From: Lama glama
Taxonomy: Eukaryota
NCBI GenBank assembly: GCA_028534125.1
Contig: CM052825.1
Span: 1,736,001 to 1,800,000, forward strand
Direction of reading: 5' to 3'
Length of the DNA stretch: 64,000 bases
Part shown: piece by piece, positions 61,356-64,000 of the stretch
Numbering within the stretch: the stretch's first letter is position 1
Layout: the number at the start of each line of letters is the position of its first letter
The notes under the pieces: model-generated
The model's database searches: none
What the model saw: only the letters and a program-made list of their open reading frames with translations
Told to the model about the DNA's origin: nothing
Translations under genes and position numbers: made by a program

Positions 61356-63804
61356 GTTGCATCAGAACAGTTTCCAGAAAGTAGGTCATTTACTCGAGAA
61401 CGCTCCTGTTTTGCTGACACTGACAATTACTCATCTCCGTATAATAGCTCCTAAGTAGGTGAACATCGGTTCAGGTCTAAGAACTATTTCAAAGGCTCAA
61501 ATTTCCAGGGCAGGTAAAGCTCCAATTACAAAGTCTGTGAGAGGGCCGTTTTCATCTTTATTAAACCACAGCTATTTAACAAAACAGCAGCAGGAAGTTA
61601 AACAGACCCCAAATGCCAATGAAAAGGAAACCCGGGTAACACCCGGAATGGACCCACAGGCTCCTGCATGCTCCCCCAAGGCCGGGGCCAGGGCGCCCCA
61701 GCAAGAGGAACACAGGTGTGGGGGACAACCCGGCCTCTGGACAGCCCGAGGGTGGTCCCCCCCCTGTGCTGATGCCTCTGAGAGCCGTGCCTCCTAGAGC
61801 CCCTGAAGAAAGAAAGGCGGATGTGGACTTTTGTACTGGTCTGCCGTCCAGTCTGGGGATGCCCGCCGATGGGACACCCCGGAGGGAGGCCTGGAAGGGA
61901 GCAGACCACCCTCTTCCCGGGGAGGCACAGTGCTGGACGGGGCCCCGACACACTCTCCCGGAGAAACCCGTTTGGCTGGGTTTTACCCATTTTGCTCAGG
62001 TTTATTTGTTGTTAAAATCTTCCTTCACATAAGACTAAAAGTCTACCCTCTTCTAAAAATTTGAAGAAAAAAAAAAAAGCTCTCTTTACAATTTGTCCTT
62101 ATGAAAAAAAAGGGAGAAAATCATCCCCCTTGTAACTTATTAAAACACCGTGGCACCCGATGGATGCGCATCAGGACATCTGAGGCTTACAACTTTGAGG
62201 CAAGGATTAAAAAAAAAAATTCAGAGAAAAAAATGATATGGAAAGCGAGAAGGGGGTGGGAAAGCAAGCGAATGACTCGTCAGCCTTCCTCCTGCAGCTT
62301 TCCGGTAAGTCTGAAACGCTGTTGAAACAAAAAGGTAAAGAAATAGAAAGTGAGGAGTGGAGCCATCCTGTGCCCGTAGCCGTGAGCACAAGAGCTCTCC
62401 GAGCAGGGCTGCGAACGGTGCTTCCGGGAGTCAGCCAATGACGGCCCACCCACCTCCTCAGCCCTCCTGCGTAGACATGGGGCATCAGCTGGTGCCCCTC
62501 CACAGGAGGGCCACTCCAGGGACGCAAGGACAGACCCAGTCGCGTCTGCCCCGGTCACTCACTGGACCGTCCTGCAGCGATGTTGTGGGAGGACAGGGCC
62601 AGAGCTCTGCCCACAAGGGCGACTGTACGCATTTTCTCCAGGCCTCCCGAGGCTGCTGCACTGGTCTGGCCCTGTCTTCCTCCTGTTTATCACCCCCCTG
62701 GTTCACCACTCACGCTCCTGGGAATGTGCTGGCCACACAATGGGTGAGGTTCTGCGTGAAGTTTATCTGCTCAACTATTTGAATCCTCCAAACCATTCCA
62801 ACAAGTAGCTTATTTGTTAACATTACAGGGAGCTCATTTTTGCTTCATAATCCAGACTCCTCTCCACCGGCATCTGGACAGCAGGTTTCGTTCTGACACA
62901 TACGTGAGTTATTTGCTCTCTCACAGTTCAGGGGTCCACATTCACATTTTTATTTGACCTGATGCTAAAGAATTTCCTCTCACTCTAGTATCTTGCTAAA
63001 TTGATAACTTTTAAAAGTTCAAAAAAATTTACAAGACTTCAATTCTAACATTCTTACTTGAGGGCAAGAAACCAAAAACATTTGTAATCCAGGGCCTGTC
63101 GGCTGGTTTAACCACAGCCAAGGCCTGTCCTCTGAGCTGGGGTTGCATCTGAAAGCATTTGAATCCTCTTTGTTTCTCGAACTGGAAGAGAGCTGAACAA
63201 AGGGCCCTGGTGGCTTCAGCCAGTTGGGTACCAGTGCGGCACCTGGAGTTTCCTCTCTTGTTTCTCACAGCGTGTGTCAATGAGCCCTGTGGGGAGGGCA
63301 GAGATTAATCACAGCTGGACTTGCTTGGCCCGATCCTCCAGAGAACAACATCCTCGGAGACTTGAGGGAGCGTTAATTATTTACAAGGCTTCTGTTCAGG
63401 CTGACGTGCAGCGTGCTGAGGTAGGGCTATTATATTTCGCGTGGTGGAAAAGTAACAATCTGTGTCAGGAAGACAACGAAAAAGCTCCCTGAGAGGGGAG
63501 GGAAGCGCAGCCCCAGGAACGTGGATCCCAGGCGCCCCAGCCGACTCTCCTAACAAAATGTGACTCTGAAGCTTACAATCATTTCTATTAAAATTTAAGA
63601 AAAGTACCATCAATTTTGCCAGGGTGATGGTAAAAGTCAATACAAGATTCTGCTAAATGAATAACCAGAGAACTCAATTCTGAATTTTGTGACTCAAGTA
63701 TTCAAAGTTGAAGAAAATCAGCGAGGCCACGGAGGAGGTCTGCATCCTGTTTCTGTTCACAACCATGTATCTTGTATGCGCTGTTGCATGTTACCACACA
63801 CATC

Positions 63805-63990
63805 TTTTTTTAAGAATTGTAAAAAACATGTAACGTAAACATGTAACTTGGCCATTTTTAAGTGTGCGGTTCAGCAGTGTTACGTGTGTTCACGTTGCTG
63901 TGAAACAGATCTCCAGAGTATCTCCATCGTGAAAATCTGAAGCTCCGTACACACTGAGTAACAGCTCCCGCTCCTCTCCCCCAGCCCTGT
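63805..63990 (-). mobile_element. L1M 3' end fragment
   Basis: ccatttttaagtgtgcggttcagcagtgttacgtgtgttcacgttgctgtgaaacagatctccaga...ctcctctcccccagccctg. Confidence 0.75.
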
Positions 63991-64000
63991 GTTCTGCCTT

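Noticed and set aside
1-64000. Novel multi-gene or prokaryote-style system (CRISPR, defence island, operon)
   Set aside because: The window is explained by three known intron-containing mammalian genes plus interspersed repeats; I found no arrays or unexplained coding blocks

Overview
This is mammalian nuclear DNA from a GC-rich region, probably a camelid: it carries a tRNA-Ala-derived SINE resembling vic-1 and an L1 3' end of the cetartiodactyl type. It is the BRAT1-AMZ1-GNA12 locus. BRAT1 is complete on + (13 coding exons, 1080-11349, 822 aa). AMZ1 is complete on + (6 coding exons, 30433-38559, 496 aa). The last two coding exons of GNA12 lie on - (52945-52895 and 51325-50756), with a large intron running to the window end. 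The rest consists of CpG-island promoters, UTRs and old interspersed repeats (L1, L2, MIR, MLT1, hAT). I found no evidence of a new multi-gene system. The most notable observation is that the AMZ1 metalloprotease motif HExxH reads HGLCH, so the catalytic Glu is lost (a candidate pseudo-enzyme). A 51-bp intronic copy of part of the same exon keeps the ancestral codon where the exon itself has changed. Comparisons with human and mouse proteins and repeat-family names are from recall, not database searches.
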